Source: an uncultured Clostridium sp. (lineage in GTDB: Bacteria; Bacillota_I; Bacilli_A; RF39; UBA660). From it: DNA of 64,000 nucleotides. Of this stretch, positions 39,431-49,016 are shown piece after piece. The first letter of the stretch is position 1. Each line of letters opens with the position of its first letter. The notes under the pieces were generated by a model. The model had not been told where the DNA came from. It saw nothing but the letters and a program-made list of their open reading frames with translations, and did no database searches. The translations under genes and the position numbers were made by a program. The stretch is from NCBI GenBank assembly GCA_964649245.1, contig CAZYOS010000001.1, forward strand, positions 5,242 through 69,241. The letters run 5' to 3'.

Positions 39431-40662
39431 TATCCTTTTTTATTTGTTAAACACATTTCTAATTCTTTTTTTTGCTCATGATCAGCTGGAACAAAATTAA
39501 CTCTTATATTAACAGCGTTTCCATTTTCAAACCATATTTCTGCATCAAGAAATCCCTTATTTGTTATTTGAGTTGAACTAGGCATATTGTCACTTAATGT
39601 AGGAATTCTAAAAAACGCTTTATCATCTCTATTATATGATAAGTACTGATGTGAATGACCATTAAATGATAACATTGTTTGATAATCTTTCATATAATTT
39701 AATACTCTAGGCACTTCATGCTTTATACCAATATATTCATTTCCACATTTAATATATGCTTTTTTATACCCCAATGGAATAAAGTCATCTCTATATTGTA
39801 ATTTATCATATAAATCAATATAATCACTTAAAAACAAACTGGAATCATGATTACCAAGCAATATATAATTATCAATGTTTTTATCATAGCAATAATCATC
39901 TAATACATGATCTACTTGTGCCTCTGCGCTTTTATACTCATCTTTACATTTAGCATAATTACTTACGCTTCCTTCAAGCAAATCTCCTCCATGAATTATA
40001 ATACTTATTCCATTTTTACTAGCATACTCATATGCCTCACTTAAATAATCTAAATTTTCATCTTCACTGCCTAAGTGTGAATCAGCTATTACAATAAATC
40101 TTAAATAATCTCTTTGTCCAAAATCTTCAACTTCTCTTAAAGGAGCAGTAGATGCTAAAGCAGTTTTAATATCGTATCCAATAAGAATAGGTCTATCATC
40201 ATTTGGAATATTTTTTTGAGAATTATATTTATAATCTTTTGCTTTTAATATTGAATCTATTTCACTTATTTTACTTTTTAATAGTCCCAAATATCTTCTT
40301 TCATCTTTAGTTCCATATAAACATATGTGAATAAATATTCCTTTTAACATAAAATTAAAAGAATATGAATTTGTTTTAATATGAGGGCGTATAGTCTTAT
40401 CAGGAATATTTCCACTGACTATATTAAGAACATCAGAATAACTTTGTCTAATTTGATACTCACCTATCAAATTATTAATTATTCCAATTAGCCTAATATT
40501 TCTTTTGTCAAACCTATATATAAGATCTCTACGTATTTCCCTTAAATTTTCTATTACTAAGGCAATATTCAGGTTCATAATATTAGCAATATCTATTATA
40601 CTATAGCCATTTAAAACAAGTTTTACCATTTGTTCATGAATATTAAACTCTATTTTTCTCAT
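39427..40662 (-). CDS. two-domain protein: N-terminal HTH (sigma-70 region-4/LuxR-like) fused to a calcineurin-like metallophosphoesterase
   Basis: N-terminus YSIIDIANIMNLNIALVIENLREIRRDL (HTH). C-terminal MPE motifs IADSHLG, IIHGGDLLEG, LLGNHDS, GHSH. Confidence 0.55.
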   Translation of the reverse strand: MRKIEFNIHEQMVKLVLNGYSIIDIANIMNLNIALVIENLREIRRDLIYRFDKRNIRLIGIINNLIGEYQIRQSYSDVLNIVSGNIPDKTIRPHIKTNSYSFNFMLKGIFIHICLYGTKDERRYLGLLKSKISEIDSILKAKDYKYNSQKNIPNDDRPILIGYDIKTALASTAPLREVEDFGQRDYLRFIVIADSHLGSEDENLDYLSEAYEYASKNGISIIIHGGDLLEGSVSNYAKCKDEYKSAEAQVDHVLDDYCYDKNIDNYILLGNHDSSLFLSDYIDLYDKLQYRDDFIPLGYKKAYIKCGNEYIGIKHEVPRVLNYMKDYQTMLSFNGHSHQYLSYNRDDKAFFRIPTLSDNMPSSTQITNKGFLDAEIWFENGNAVNIRVNFVPADHEQKKELEMCLTNKKGY

Positions 40663-40684
40663 AAATATCCCCCTAAAAATAATA

Positions 40685-42016
40685 TTATAATTCTTTTATC
40701 TTATTTCCTAAATCTATAAAGTTCATTCTCTTAGATGCTTTGACTAAAATAACATCATTTTTAAGAACAATAGACTTAATATATTCTAAACATTCATCAT
40801 TACTTTCAAAATGTTTAGAAATGCCTTTAAATTTATTATCTAATGCATTAGTATTTATGTATTTAGAATAGTCTCCTACCGTAACTAAAATATCTATATT
40901 ACTTGAAGAAATCTTTTTACCTACATCTTTATGAAGTTTTTCACTATAGTCTCCAAGTTCCAACATATCACCTAATATAATAATTTTTCTATTTTTAAAT
41001 TTAGATAAGTAGTCTATAGCAAGAGATATAGAATCAAAACAAGCATTAAAAGCATCATTAATTATAGTGAATCCTCTTTTAGCAGTTTCTTCTTTTAATC
41101 TATTTCCTAATTGCTTAAAATTAATAAAAGCGTTATTTATTAATTCATCATCTACATCTAATATTTTACCGACTGCATATGCTAATGTAGCATCTATTAT
41201 TAAAGGCTCTTCATTGCTAAAAATATTAAATATTTTATTATTAATACTAAAACTATTTTTATCAATACTTTTAATATTATAATCTGATTCATTATTTATT
41301 CCTACTGTAATATTTTTGTTGTTAATATTATATTTATGTAAAAGATCATTATCATTGTTAATAATTAGTTTTTTATCTTTCATTCCATCTAATATTTCGA
41401 GTTTAGCTTTTAATATATCTTCTCTAGATCCAAGAATGCCTATATGAGAAGTACCTATATTTGTAATAATAGAATAATGAGGTCTTACAATTTTAGATAA
41501 GAAACTTATTTCTCCAAAGTTATTCATTCCCATCTCTATTACCCATACGTCAGCGTCTTTCCCATTTACAATACATAATGGAAGTCCTATATTATTATTT
41601 GAACTTCCTTCTGTTTTAAGTACACTATATTTTGTTTCTAATACAGATGTTACTAAATCTTTTGTAGTAGTTTTTCCAACACTTCCAGTTATTCCAATTA
41701 CTATTCCTTTATAGTTATCTCTTTTATATCTAGCTAAATCACATAATGCATCTATACTATTTTTAACTAATATAATAGTTTTATTTTTAAATTTATTAAT
41801 AACTATATTTTCATTATCAGTAATAGCTGCTCCTGCTCCATTTTCAAACGCAACATCTATAAAACTATTGCCATCAAATTTATCACCTTTGATAGCTATA
41901 TATAATTCATTTTGTTTAATGGTTCTTGTGTCTTTTGAAATTGATTCTATTAATATATTGTCATCTCCACATAATAGTTTCCCCTTACATACTTTAAGAA
42001 TCTCTTTAATACTCAT
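40685..42016 (-). CDS. murF: UDP-N-acetylmuramoyl-tripeptide--D-alanyl-D-alanine ligase
   Basis: 443 aa Mur ligase with P-loop GITGSVGKTTTKD. N-terminal MSIKEILKVCKGKLL is typical of MurF. Confidence 0.8.
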   Translation of the reverse strand: MSIKEILKVCKGKLLCGDDNILIESISKDTRTIKQNELYIAIKGDKFDGNSFIDVAFENGAGAAITDNENIVINKFKNKTIILVKNSIDALCDLARYKRDNYKGIVIGITGSVGKTTTKDLVTSVLETKYSVLKTEGSSNNNIGLPLCIVNGKDADVWVIEMGMNNFGEISFLSKIVRPHYSIITNIGTSHIGILGSREDILKAKLEILDGMKDKKLIINNDNDLLHKYNINNKNITVGINNESDYNIKSIDKNSFSINNKIFNIFSNEEPLIIDATLAYAVGKILDVDDELINNAFINFKQLGNRLKEETAKRGFTIINDAFNACFDSISLAIDYLSKFKNRKIIILGDMLELGDYSEKLHKDVGKKISSSNIDILVTVGDYSKYINTNALDNKFKGISKHFESNDECLEYIKSIVLKNDVILVKASKRMNFIDLGNKIKEL

Positions 42017-42079
42017 AAAACACCTCTATTAACATTATACTTTAAAATATCAAAAAAAAATATAATTTTTGATAATTAA

Positions 42080-42847
42080 TTATATTTTTAAGTCAAATAT
42101 TTTAATTAATGAATTAGCAACACCATCAAAATTATTTGAGTCTGTGATAATGGAAGCTTTATTTTTAACTTCAGTTGTTGCATTTCCCATTGCAATAGAC
42201 AGTGATACATTATCAAACATAGATATATCATTAAAACTATCCCCAATCGCAACTGCTTTACTTTTATTAATATTTAAATACTTATTTAATTGATATATTC
42301 CATATCCTTTAGAAGTATTATATTTACCAATATCAATAAAATAATAGCCATAAAATTCAAATTTAGAATCCACTAAGCACTTAGATTGATTTACTATTTT
42401 AATGTCTTTATTTAATGAAATGAATTCTTTTATTTTTCTTATTTTTTTTATATCTGGAGTATTAATAACACACTGACATATATTTTCATGATAATTGTCC
42501 ACCTTATTACCATTTGTAAATGCATAACATTTAACATCAATCATTTTAGACAAGTTAAAAATATCTTCACATATTTTGTTATTAATTAAATTATAAAAAA
42601 TAACTTTATCTTCATTATAATCATATACATCAGACCCATTAGTTGCTACTACATAGTTGCTAGCATTACATTCTTTACTTATTCTCATACAGTAGTTTCT
42701 ATTTCTACCACTGCAAATAACTACTAAAACTCCATTATCAGTTAAAGTTTTAATAACGTTTTTAGTTCTATCACTTATTTCACATGAATCATTTCTTATT
42801 GTTCCGTCTATATCTAAATATACTATCTTATATTTACTCTTCATCAT
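42080..42847 (-). CDS. HAD-IIB (Cof-type) sugar-phosphate phosphatase
   Basis: YKIVYLDIDGTIRND motif I, and Cof-type cap and motif IV (AIGDSFNDISMF). Confidence 0.75.
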   Translation of the reverse strand: MMKSKYKIVYLDIDGTIRNDSCEISDRTKNVIKTLTDNGVLVVICSGRNRNYCMRISKECNASNYVVATNGSDVYDYNEDKVIFYNLINNKICEDIFNLSKMIDVKCYAFTNGNKVDNYHENICQCVINTPDIKKIRKIKEFISLNKDIKIVNQSKCLVDSKFEFYGYYFIDIGKYNTSKGYGIYQLNKYLNINKSKAVAIGDSFNDISMFDNVSLSIAMGNATTEVKNKASIITDSNNFDGVANSLIKIFDLKI

Positions 42848-43367
42848 TATTTAACATTTTAATAATTTTATTTTGATTTGAATTTAGTTTTTTAATTTGT
42901 TCATGTAATTCTTCAAGAATAAGTTCACTTTTTAAATCAGCCTTATAATCATTTTTACTTCTAAGTGTATCTCTTTTAGCACTTCTATTTTGACTCATCA
43001 TAATTATTGGTGCTTGTAAAGCAGCTACACAAGATAAAAACAAATTTAGTAAAATAAATGGATATGGATCAAAAGCACTATCCGGACTTACTTTAGCTAA
43101 CATTACATTTAAAAATATCCAAAAAAGTAATATTACTATAAATGATAATATAAATCTCCAACTACCAGCTACTGCTGTTATTTTATCAGCTATTCTATCA
43201 GCAGTTGTTTCACTATCAGACATTTGTTTATCTACATCTATTGATATTGGTTCATTAAACAATATTTCTAATAATTGTTCTTCATCTTCATTTTCTAATT
43301 CTTTGTTTTTAAGTAACATCCTTACTATATCTTTTTTTGTTTTAGGCTGTCCCTGTAATTGTCCCAT
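42834..43367 (-). CDS. DUF1003 family membrane protein
   Basis: ADRIADKITAVAGSWRFI...FDPYPFILLNLFLSCVAALQAPIIMMSQNR is the conserved DUF1003 core. Confidence 0.55.
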   Translation of the reverse strand: MGQLQGQPKTKKDIVRMLLKNKELENEDEEQLLEILFNEPISIDVDKQMSDSETTADRIADKITAVAGSWRFILSFIVILLFWIFLNVMLAKVSPDSAFDPYPFILLNLFLSCVAALQAPIIMMSQNRSAKRDTLRSKNDYKADLKSELILEELHEQIKKLNSNQNKIIKMLNNDEE

Positions 43368-43474
43368 AATTGCACCTCTTTCTTACATACTTATAGTATA
43401 TACCATTTTACATAAAAAAAAGATTATTTTAATTTTAAAGTGTAAAATGAAAGTAAAACATATGTATAGTGTAT

Positions 43475-43954
43475 TTAATTATTAATAGACACTTTTATAT
43501 TGTTATTTCCTAAATCATCTTTTAAATTAGTAGTATCAACTATTTTTCCTATTCTAGTATAACTATATGAAGTATTAAAGTCATCATAAAATATTACTAA
43601 GCAATTATTTCCGTAAAGCATTATATCCCCTGCTTTAATACTATTTACTTTTTCACTATTTATTTGTAATTCACTATCTAAATAATAATATTTTTCGTTA
43701 CTATTTAAATCATTCATTTCAATCTCTAATGGCAATAGTTTTAATAGTTCTTTTACAGTATTATTATCTTCTAAGTTAACAGTATATTTATTGTTATTTA
43801 TAATTAAATTCATTGTACTCATTGATTCATTCCCACCTACGCTTTTTCCTTTTATATTACTTATTTCATTAGATCCATTATTATTTATTAATATGCAACC
43901 ATTTAATATAATTAATAATACAAATATCATATTAAATCTTAATATTTTTTTCAT
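43475..43954 (-). CDS. lipoprotein with cyclophilin-like-fold domain
   Basis: Lipobox ILNGC. C-terminal AGDIMLYGNNCLVIFYDDFNTSYSYTRIGKI resembles the cyclophilin-like domain family motif (GDIAYW..G..LAIFYG). Confidence 0.4.
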   Translation of the reverse strand: MKKILRFNMIFVLLIILNGCILINNNGSNEISNIKGKSVGGNESMSTMNLIINNNKYTVNLEDNNTVKELLKLLPLEIEMNDLNSNEKYYYLDSELQINSEKVNSIKAGDIMLYGNNCLVIFYDDFNTSYSYTRIGKIVDTTNLKDDLGNNNIKVSINN

Positions 43955-43956
43955 AT

Positions 43957-44436
43957 TTAATTCTCCCGACTTTTTTTACCAGATTGTTTCCATGCTCTAT
44001 ATTCTTTTTTCATAAATACAGCACAAGGTCTATAACCCGCTTCTATTGCTGTTCCTTCGTCAGAGAAAAACACTCTTTGGTCGACATAATATTCCTTAGC
44101 AATCCACTTTAATGCATTTGGGCAATCAAACTCACCATATATTTTTAACTTTTTATGTCCACCAATCGTACCCGGTATTTTAGTACAATATTCATTATTC
44201 TTTTTATCTCTTAATCTATAACTTGTCATTCCATATTTTATAAAGTTGTCTTTTGTGTTTTTTTCACTTATATATGAACTATATCTTGTAACTACACCAA
44301 ATTTATTTAATATAATTTTGTCTATCTCTTTTTCATTAAATTGATTTGAAGAATAATCAAAAGCAGAAACGTGTGCTAAAACTAGCTCTAAATAATATTC
44401 AGCATATTTTTTGTTTTTTTCACGTTTTTTTTAAAT
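43957..44436 (-). pseudogene. decayed gene: 90-aa ORF whose frame stays open 69 codons upstream without a start, joined through a T8 homopolymer frameshift to a further open segment. The C-terminal part carries an Ada-Zn-binding-like motif.
   Basis: The frame of ORF 43957-44229 has no stop and no ATG, GTG or TTG back to 44436. At plus-strand T8 (44425-44432) a +/-1 shift continues into ITEEFYKRLEDANRKSISNYLEENEDYLKK, which begins immediately after the stop of ORF 44516-44893. FFSDEGTAIEAGYRPCAVF resembles Ada F..AL.AGFRPCKRC, with 2 of the 4 Cys lost. Confidence 0.4.
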
Positions 44437-44515
44437 AATCCTCATTTTCTTCTAAATAATTACTTATACTTTTTCTATTTGCATCTTCTAATCTTTTATA
44501 AAATTCTTCAGTAAT

Positions 44516-44893
44516 TTAATTATCTCCTTTAATATTACCTCTTATGTGTAGTGTTATACCATTATTACCTCTAGTTATATATTCATCTGGTTCTGTATAA
44601 GTGTGTTCTTGCTTTCCACAAATTGTACAATGTCTATCATAATACCAAGATCTGTCTAAATATCTATCTTCTTTTTCTTCCCATTCAGTAAACTCATGCC
44701 CGAATATGGAACATATTTGAGTATTAATCTCATCTAATTCCCTCCTTTTAGCTTCTATTTTCTTATTATAAGCTGCAATAGAATTAATATCTTTATTTCT
44801 AAGTAACATTAGCTTTTGTTTTAATTCTAATGATTGTTTTTTTTGTTCTTCTTCCAATTGATATAATTTTTGTTTTTCTTCATTTATATCCAT
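44516..44893 (-). CDS. coiled-coil plus Cys/His-containing small protein, unknown (possibly the N-terminal piece of the decayed gene downstream)
   Basis: 125 aa. A K/E/Q-rich coiled-coil, then HEFTEW...HCTICGKQEH. Confidence 0.35.
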   Translation of the reverse strand: MDINEEKQKLYQLEEEQKKQSLELKQKLMLLRNKDINSIAAYNKKIEAKRRELDEINTQICSIFGHEFTEWEEKEDRYLDRSWYYDRHCTICGKQEHTYTEPDEYITRGNNGITLHIRGNIKGDN

Positions 44894-44926
44894 ATAACCC
44901 TCCTATATTCATTATATCACAACATT

Positions 44927-44951
44927 AAAAAAACTTGTACACAAGTACAAG
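44927..44951 (-). terminator. rho-independent terminator after tRNA-Ala
   Basis: CTTGTAC-ACAA-GTACAAG perfect hairpin followed by T7 on the minus strand. Confidence 0.6.
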
Positions 44952-44962
44952 TAGTTAACTAA

Positions 44963-45039
44963 TGGTGGAGAATGTGGGACTTGAACCCGCGACCCCCTGC
45001 GTGCAAGGCAGGTGCTCTAGCCAACTGAGCTAATTCCCC
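44963..45039 (-). tRNA. tRNA-Ala (anticodon UGC)
   Basis: Hand fold: acceptor GGGGAAT/ATTCTCC with the G3:U70 alanine identity pair, D-arm GCTC-AGTTGGCTA-GAGC, anticodon stem CCTGC/GCAGG with loop CTTGCAC, T-loop TTCAAGT, CCA encoded. One T-stem mismatch. Confidence 0.8.
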
Positions 45040-45142
45040 ATAGGTAGGCACTTGATTATAAGATAAAAAATAATCAAGCGTATTCATAGTACCATAAAAA
45101 ACGTTCTCATGTCAAGCAAATTATTGATTTTATACGTTAAAT

Positions 45143-46084
45143 TCACTTAATAAGATAATTTAATAATTCTAATCCTAATTTTATATTATCATGTTTTAAT
45201 GTATTGTCTTCCGCAACAACTAATAATGGTTTGCTTATTATTGTAGTTTTAATATTCTCTTTATCTAAAATAACAGGATCTTTTTGTTCAAGGGTCTGAT
45301 ATTTTTTTAAGAAAGTTTTACTTATTTTTTGATTATTAACTATTACAGAATCTATCTTTCTCTTACCTAGATAACTATTTAATAATTTAATATGATCACT
45401 TACTTTAAAATTATCGGTTTCTCCTGGTTGTGTCATTATATTACAAGCATATATTATTTTTGCATTACTTGAATCAATTGCTTTTATAACATCCTTACAT
45501 ATTAAATTAGGTATTACACTTGTAAATAAACTTCCCATACTTAATATAATTGCATCAGAGTCTTTAATGGCGTCAATTACTTCATCATTTATTTTTGGTG
45601 TCTTTTTATAATATACTTTCTTAATTCCAAGACCAGATTCAGTTATATTATGTTCTCCTTCAATTACACTTCCATTAGACATTTTACCCATGAGAATTAC
45701 ATTATCATCAGTTAATGGTAATACTTTTCCTTTTAAATTTAATATTTTACTAACTTCTTTAACACCTGAAGATAAATTTCCATACATGTTTGATAATGCT
45801 GTAAGCATAATATTACCTACAGTATGACCATAAAATTCTCCTTCTTCTTTAAAACGATAATTAAATAATTTATCAACAACTTCCTCTGTTTCTGATAAAG
45901 CTATTAATACTCTTCTTATATCTCCAACTGCCGGTGTATTAAACATCTCTCTTAATTTTCCAGAACTTCTTCCATCATCAGCAACAGACACTACGGCAGT
46001 AATATCAATAGGAAACATCTTTAATCCTCTTAATAAATTTGATTGCCCTGTTCCACCACCAAGAACGACAACTTTTTTATTCAT
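45143..46084 (-). CDS. yvcK: gluconeogenesis factor YvcK (UPF0052/CofD-like)
   Basis: VVVLGGGTGQSNLLRGL...ITAVVSVADDGRSSGKLR N-terminal signature of the YvcK family. Confidence 0.8.
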   Translation of the reverse strand: MNKKVVVLGGGTGQSNLLRGLKMFPIDITAVVSVADDGRSSGKLREMFNTPAVGDIRRVLIALSETEEVVDKLFNYRFKEEGEFYGHTVGNIMLTALSNMYGNLSSGVKEVSKILNLKGKVLPLTDDNVILMGKMSNGSVIEGEHNITESGLGIKKVYYKKTPKINDEVIDAIKDSDAIILSMGSLFTSVIPNLICKDVIKAIDSSNAKIIYACNIMTQPGETDNFKVSDHIKLLNSYLGKRKIDSVIVNNQKISKTFLKKYQTLEQKDPVILDKENIKTTIISKPLLVVAEDNTLKHDNIKLGLELLNYLIK

Positions 46085-47070
46085 TATTTATCTCCTATAA
46101 CATAATAAGCGTAATACTCTTCAAAAGTAATATTTTCATCATATATAATTTTAGCAGCTTCTTTACCAACATATCTAATTCGCCAAGCAGAAGCATTAAA
46201 ACCAGTTATATCTTCAGTTCCTTTTTGAAACCTTAAAATAAATCCATATTTATAGGCATTATCCTTTAACCACTTATATTCATCACTTGAATAAGCATCA
46301 TCAAATACCTTATTATATGGTTGAAAATCAAATGAAATTCCTGTTTGATATTCAGAATGACCAGGCTTAGCAACAATTTTATCAGCTTCACTTTCACCAT
46401 AACTATCAGCATAATTATTATACATTTTTTCCTGATCAGAGTATGACCTGTAACCAGATGATACTAAAAAAGTATATCCACTTTCACCACCAGCACCATT
46501 TAAATCTATAATATTTTCTAATATAAAGCCGCTTATTTTATTACCACTATATGCATATCTTAATGGTACACTAACTAAATCAGATGGCTCAAAGTCACTT
46601 GATAATCCATATAATCTATTAACAAGCATTAGTTCATTCTTACTAGTATCAGTATCTTTATTAATATCTATCCATTCAATATTAGCTTCACTATTAATAA
46701 TTGAAACTATGTTAGAATAGTTTTCTTTATTATTATCTTTTTTATATTCCAAATAACTATTCAAATTTTTATATAAGAAATATTTTTCTTTAACAAAATC
46801 ATCAATGTCAGAATCATATTTTTTACTTAATAATTCATTTAATTCTTTTTCTTTTAAACTCCCCTCTAATACCTTTTCTTCATCCAAAGAGTATCCAATA
46901 CTAATAAATTTATATTCAAATGTTTTTTTATATTCTATATTGTTAATTAAAGAAACAATGCCAAATATTATTCCTCCTATTATAAGAAGAACTACTAAGC
47001 AAAAAGCACCAAATTTATAATAATTAAATTTTTTACCTGGCATATATTTTCTCCTAATTATATTATACAC
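46084..47070 (-). CDS. D-Ala-D-Ala carboxypeptidase, VanY/M15B family, membrane-anchored
   Basis: N-terminal TM helix. SGYRSYSDQ and KPGHSEYQTG...D Zn-binding blocks of peptidase M15B. Confidence 0.75.
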   Translation of the reverse strand: MYNIIRRKYMPGKKFNYYKFGAFCLVVLLIIGGIIFGIVSLINNIEYKKTFEYKFISIGYSLDEEKVLEGSLKEKELNELLSKKYDSDIDDFVKEKYFLYKNLNSYLEYKKDNNKENYSNIVSIINSEANIEWIDINKDTDTSKNELMLVNRLYGLSSDFEPSDLVSVPLRYAYSGNKISGFILENIIDLNGAGGESGYTFLVSSGYRSYSDQEKMYNNYADSYGESEADKIVAKPGHSEYQTGISFDFQPYNKVFDDAYSSDEYKWLKDNAYKYGFILRFQKGTEDITGFNASAWRIRYVGKEAAKIIYDENITFEEYYAYYVIGDK

Positions 47071-47120
47071 TAATAATTTAATTATTCAAATATTAAAATA
47101 TAATAAAAAATATTGAAAAA

Positions 47121-48551
47121 TCAATATTTCTTAGTATAATTTGTGCCTTCTCTAGTATCCTTAATTTCTACGCCTAATTCTAACAATTTGTCTCTTATTT
47201 CATCGGACACATCAAATCTTTTTTCACTCCTAAATTTGTCTCTTAATTCTAATATGTATTCAATATATTTGTCAGTGTTTTCGTTTTTGACTTTAGATTC
47301 AAATGATAATCCCAAGACAGGATTAACTACATTATCAATAAAATTTTTAGCACTTAAAAGTATATTTTTATCTTCTGTTTTATTTATTAGTTTTGAAAGT
47401 TCATATAGATAGCTAATTGCCAAAGAAGTATTAAAGTCATCATCCATTGCTTCTTCAAATTGTTTTTTAATTTCTTCGACTTCATTTGAAGAATTAAAAC
47501 TATCTTCATCTAACATTCTTACTTTATTAAATGAATTACATAAAGATTCGTAACTCTTTTTTGCTTCATTTATTTTTTCTTCATCAAAATCAGTAGGTCT
47601 TCTATAATGAGATGTTAATGTATAGAATCTAATTATTAGTGGATCGTATATTTTAAATAAATCTGGTAAACTAGCAAAATTTTTAAGAGATTTTCCCATT
47701 TTTTGTCCACTAACTGTTACTAGATTATTATGCATAAAATATTTAACAAATTTGCATCCATTAGCACATTCAGATTGAGCAGTTTCACATTCATGATGTG
47801 GAAATACATTGTCCATTCCGCCACCATGTATATCAAAAGTATCACCTAAATATTTTTTTGACATAACAGAACATTCTATATGCCATCCAGGATAACCTTC
47901 TCCCCAAGGACTAGGCCATTTCATTAAATGTCCAGCATCAGCACTTTTCCAAAGAGCAAAGTCTTCAGGCCTCTTTTTATCATCAGCCACATTAATTCTT
48001 TCTCCACTAACCGTCTCTTCAATACTTCTATGAGATAAACTTCCATACTTTGGAAATTTACTTACATCAAAATAAACATTATTTTCTTTAGTTACATAAG
48101 CAAATCCTTTATCAACTAATGTTTTTATCATATCTATTATTTCAATTATATGTCCAGTTGCTCTACAAGAAATATCAGGTCTTAACACATTTAGCTCTTT
48201 CATACAATCAAAATATGTCTTTTCATATTTATATGCTATTTGATAAGGATCAACTTTCTCTATTTTAGCTTGTTTTTCAACTTTAGATTCACCCTCATCA
48301 GCATCTCCTACTAAATGTCCAACATCAGTTATATTTTGAACATATTTAACATTATATCCTTTATATTTTAAATATCTATATATTACATCAAAACTAATAT
48401 AACTTTTTGCGTGTCCTAAATGAGGATCTCCATAAACTGTAGGCCCACATACATACATGCCAACATTGTTTCCATGTAATGGAACAAATTCTTCTTTGTC
48501 TCTTGTTATTGTATTATACACCTTAAGTGCCATATGCTTCACCTCTTTCAT
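47121..48551 (-). CDS. cysS: cysteinyl-tRNA synthetase
   Basis: Class I HIGH (HLGHAKS) and KMSKS (KMGKSLKNF). Cys-binding residues and the C-terminal anticodon-binding helix bundle. Confidence 0.9.
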   Translation of the reverse strand: MKEVKHMALKVYNTITRDKEEFVPLHGNNVGMYVCGPTVYGDPHLGHAKSYISFDVIYRYLKYKGYNVKYVQNITDVGHLVGDADEGESKVEKQAKIEKVDPYQIAYKYEKTYFDCMKELNVLRPDISCRATGHIIEIIDMIKTLVDKGFAYVTKENNVYFDVSKFPKYGSLSHRSIEETVSGERINVADDKKRPEDFALWKSADAGHLMKWPSPWGEGYPGWHIECSVMSKKYLGDTFDIHGGGMDNVFPHHECETAQSECANGCKFVKYFMHNNLVTVSGQKMGKSLKNFASLPDLFKIYDPLIIRFYTLTSHYRRPTDFDEEKINEAKKSYESLCNSFNKVRMLDEDSFNSSNEVEEIKKQFEEAMDDDFNTSLAISYLYELSKLINKTEDKNILLSAKNFIDNVVNPVLGLSFESKVKNENTDKYIEYILELRDKFRSEKRFDVSDEIRDKLLELGVEIKDTREGTNYTKKY

Positions 48552-48625
48552 AGATAAGATTCTACCATATTTTTATTAATTATTCTATTAATTATATGAA
48601 ATATGTTTTTATAATAAGACATGTA

Positions 48626-48967
48626 TTATTTTACTAAATATTCTAAAATTGTACAAACGCCTTCAACTAGAGAAATCAGGAAACCTATAACTGCTCCTAA
48701 TAAAAAATATGATGGCTGCCAAGTATATTTTTTATTGTCCTTAAGAATAAAATATAAAGATAATCCAACAAGAAAATTAAGCACTCCTGTTATTATAAAA
48801 ATAATTTTTTGAATAATAGGATAGTCATCATTATTAACTGTATTTCCTAAATCACAAAAGTCTTCTTTATATTCATTATATTCAATCTTAATTTTTTCTT
48901 GCTCAGTCAATTCTTTTTCAGTTTTGTTTTTAGTTTTATTATTACTTTTTTCCATTCTTTCCTCCAA
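48626..48967 (-). CDS. small two-TM membrane protein, unknown
   Basis: 113 aa. K/E-rich N-terminus, then two hydrophobic helices. Confidence 0.35.
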   Translation of the reverse strand: MEERMEKSNNKTKNKTEKELTEQEKIKIEYNEYKEDFCDLGNTVNNDDYPIIQKIIFIITGVLNFLVGLSLYFILKDNKKYTWQPSYFLLGAVIGFLISLVEGVCTILEYLVK

Positions 48968-49016
48968 ATAAATAATATCATATTAATAATTATTTGTAAA
49001 TTATTAAAACAGGAGA

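Noticed and set aside
48552-48625. T-box leader upstream of cysS.
   Set aside because: Only 74 nt of intergenic space, with no specifier loop or T-box sequence. Too short for a T-box riboswitch.
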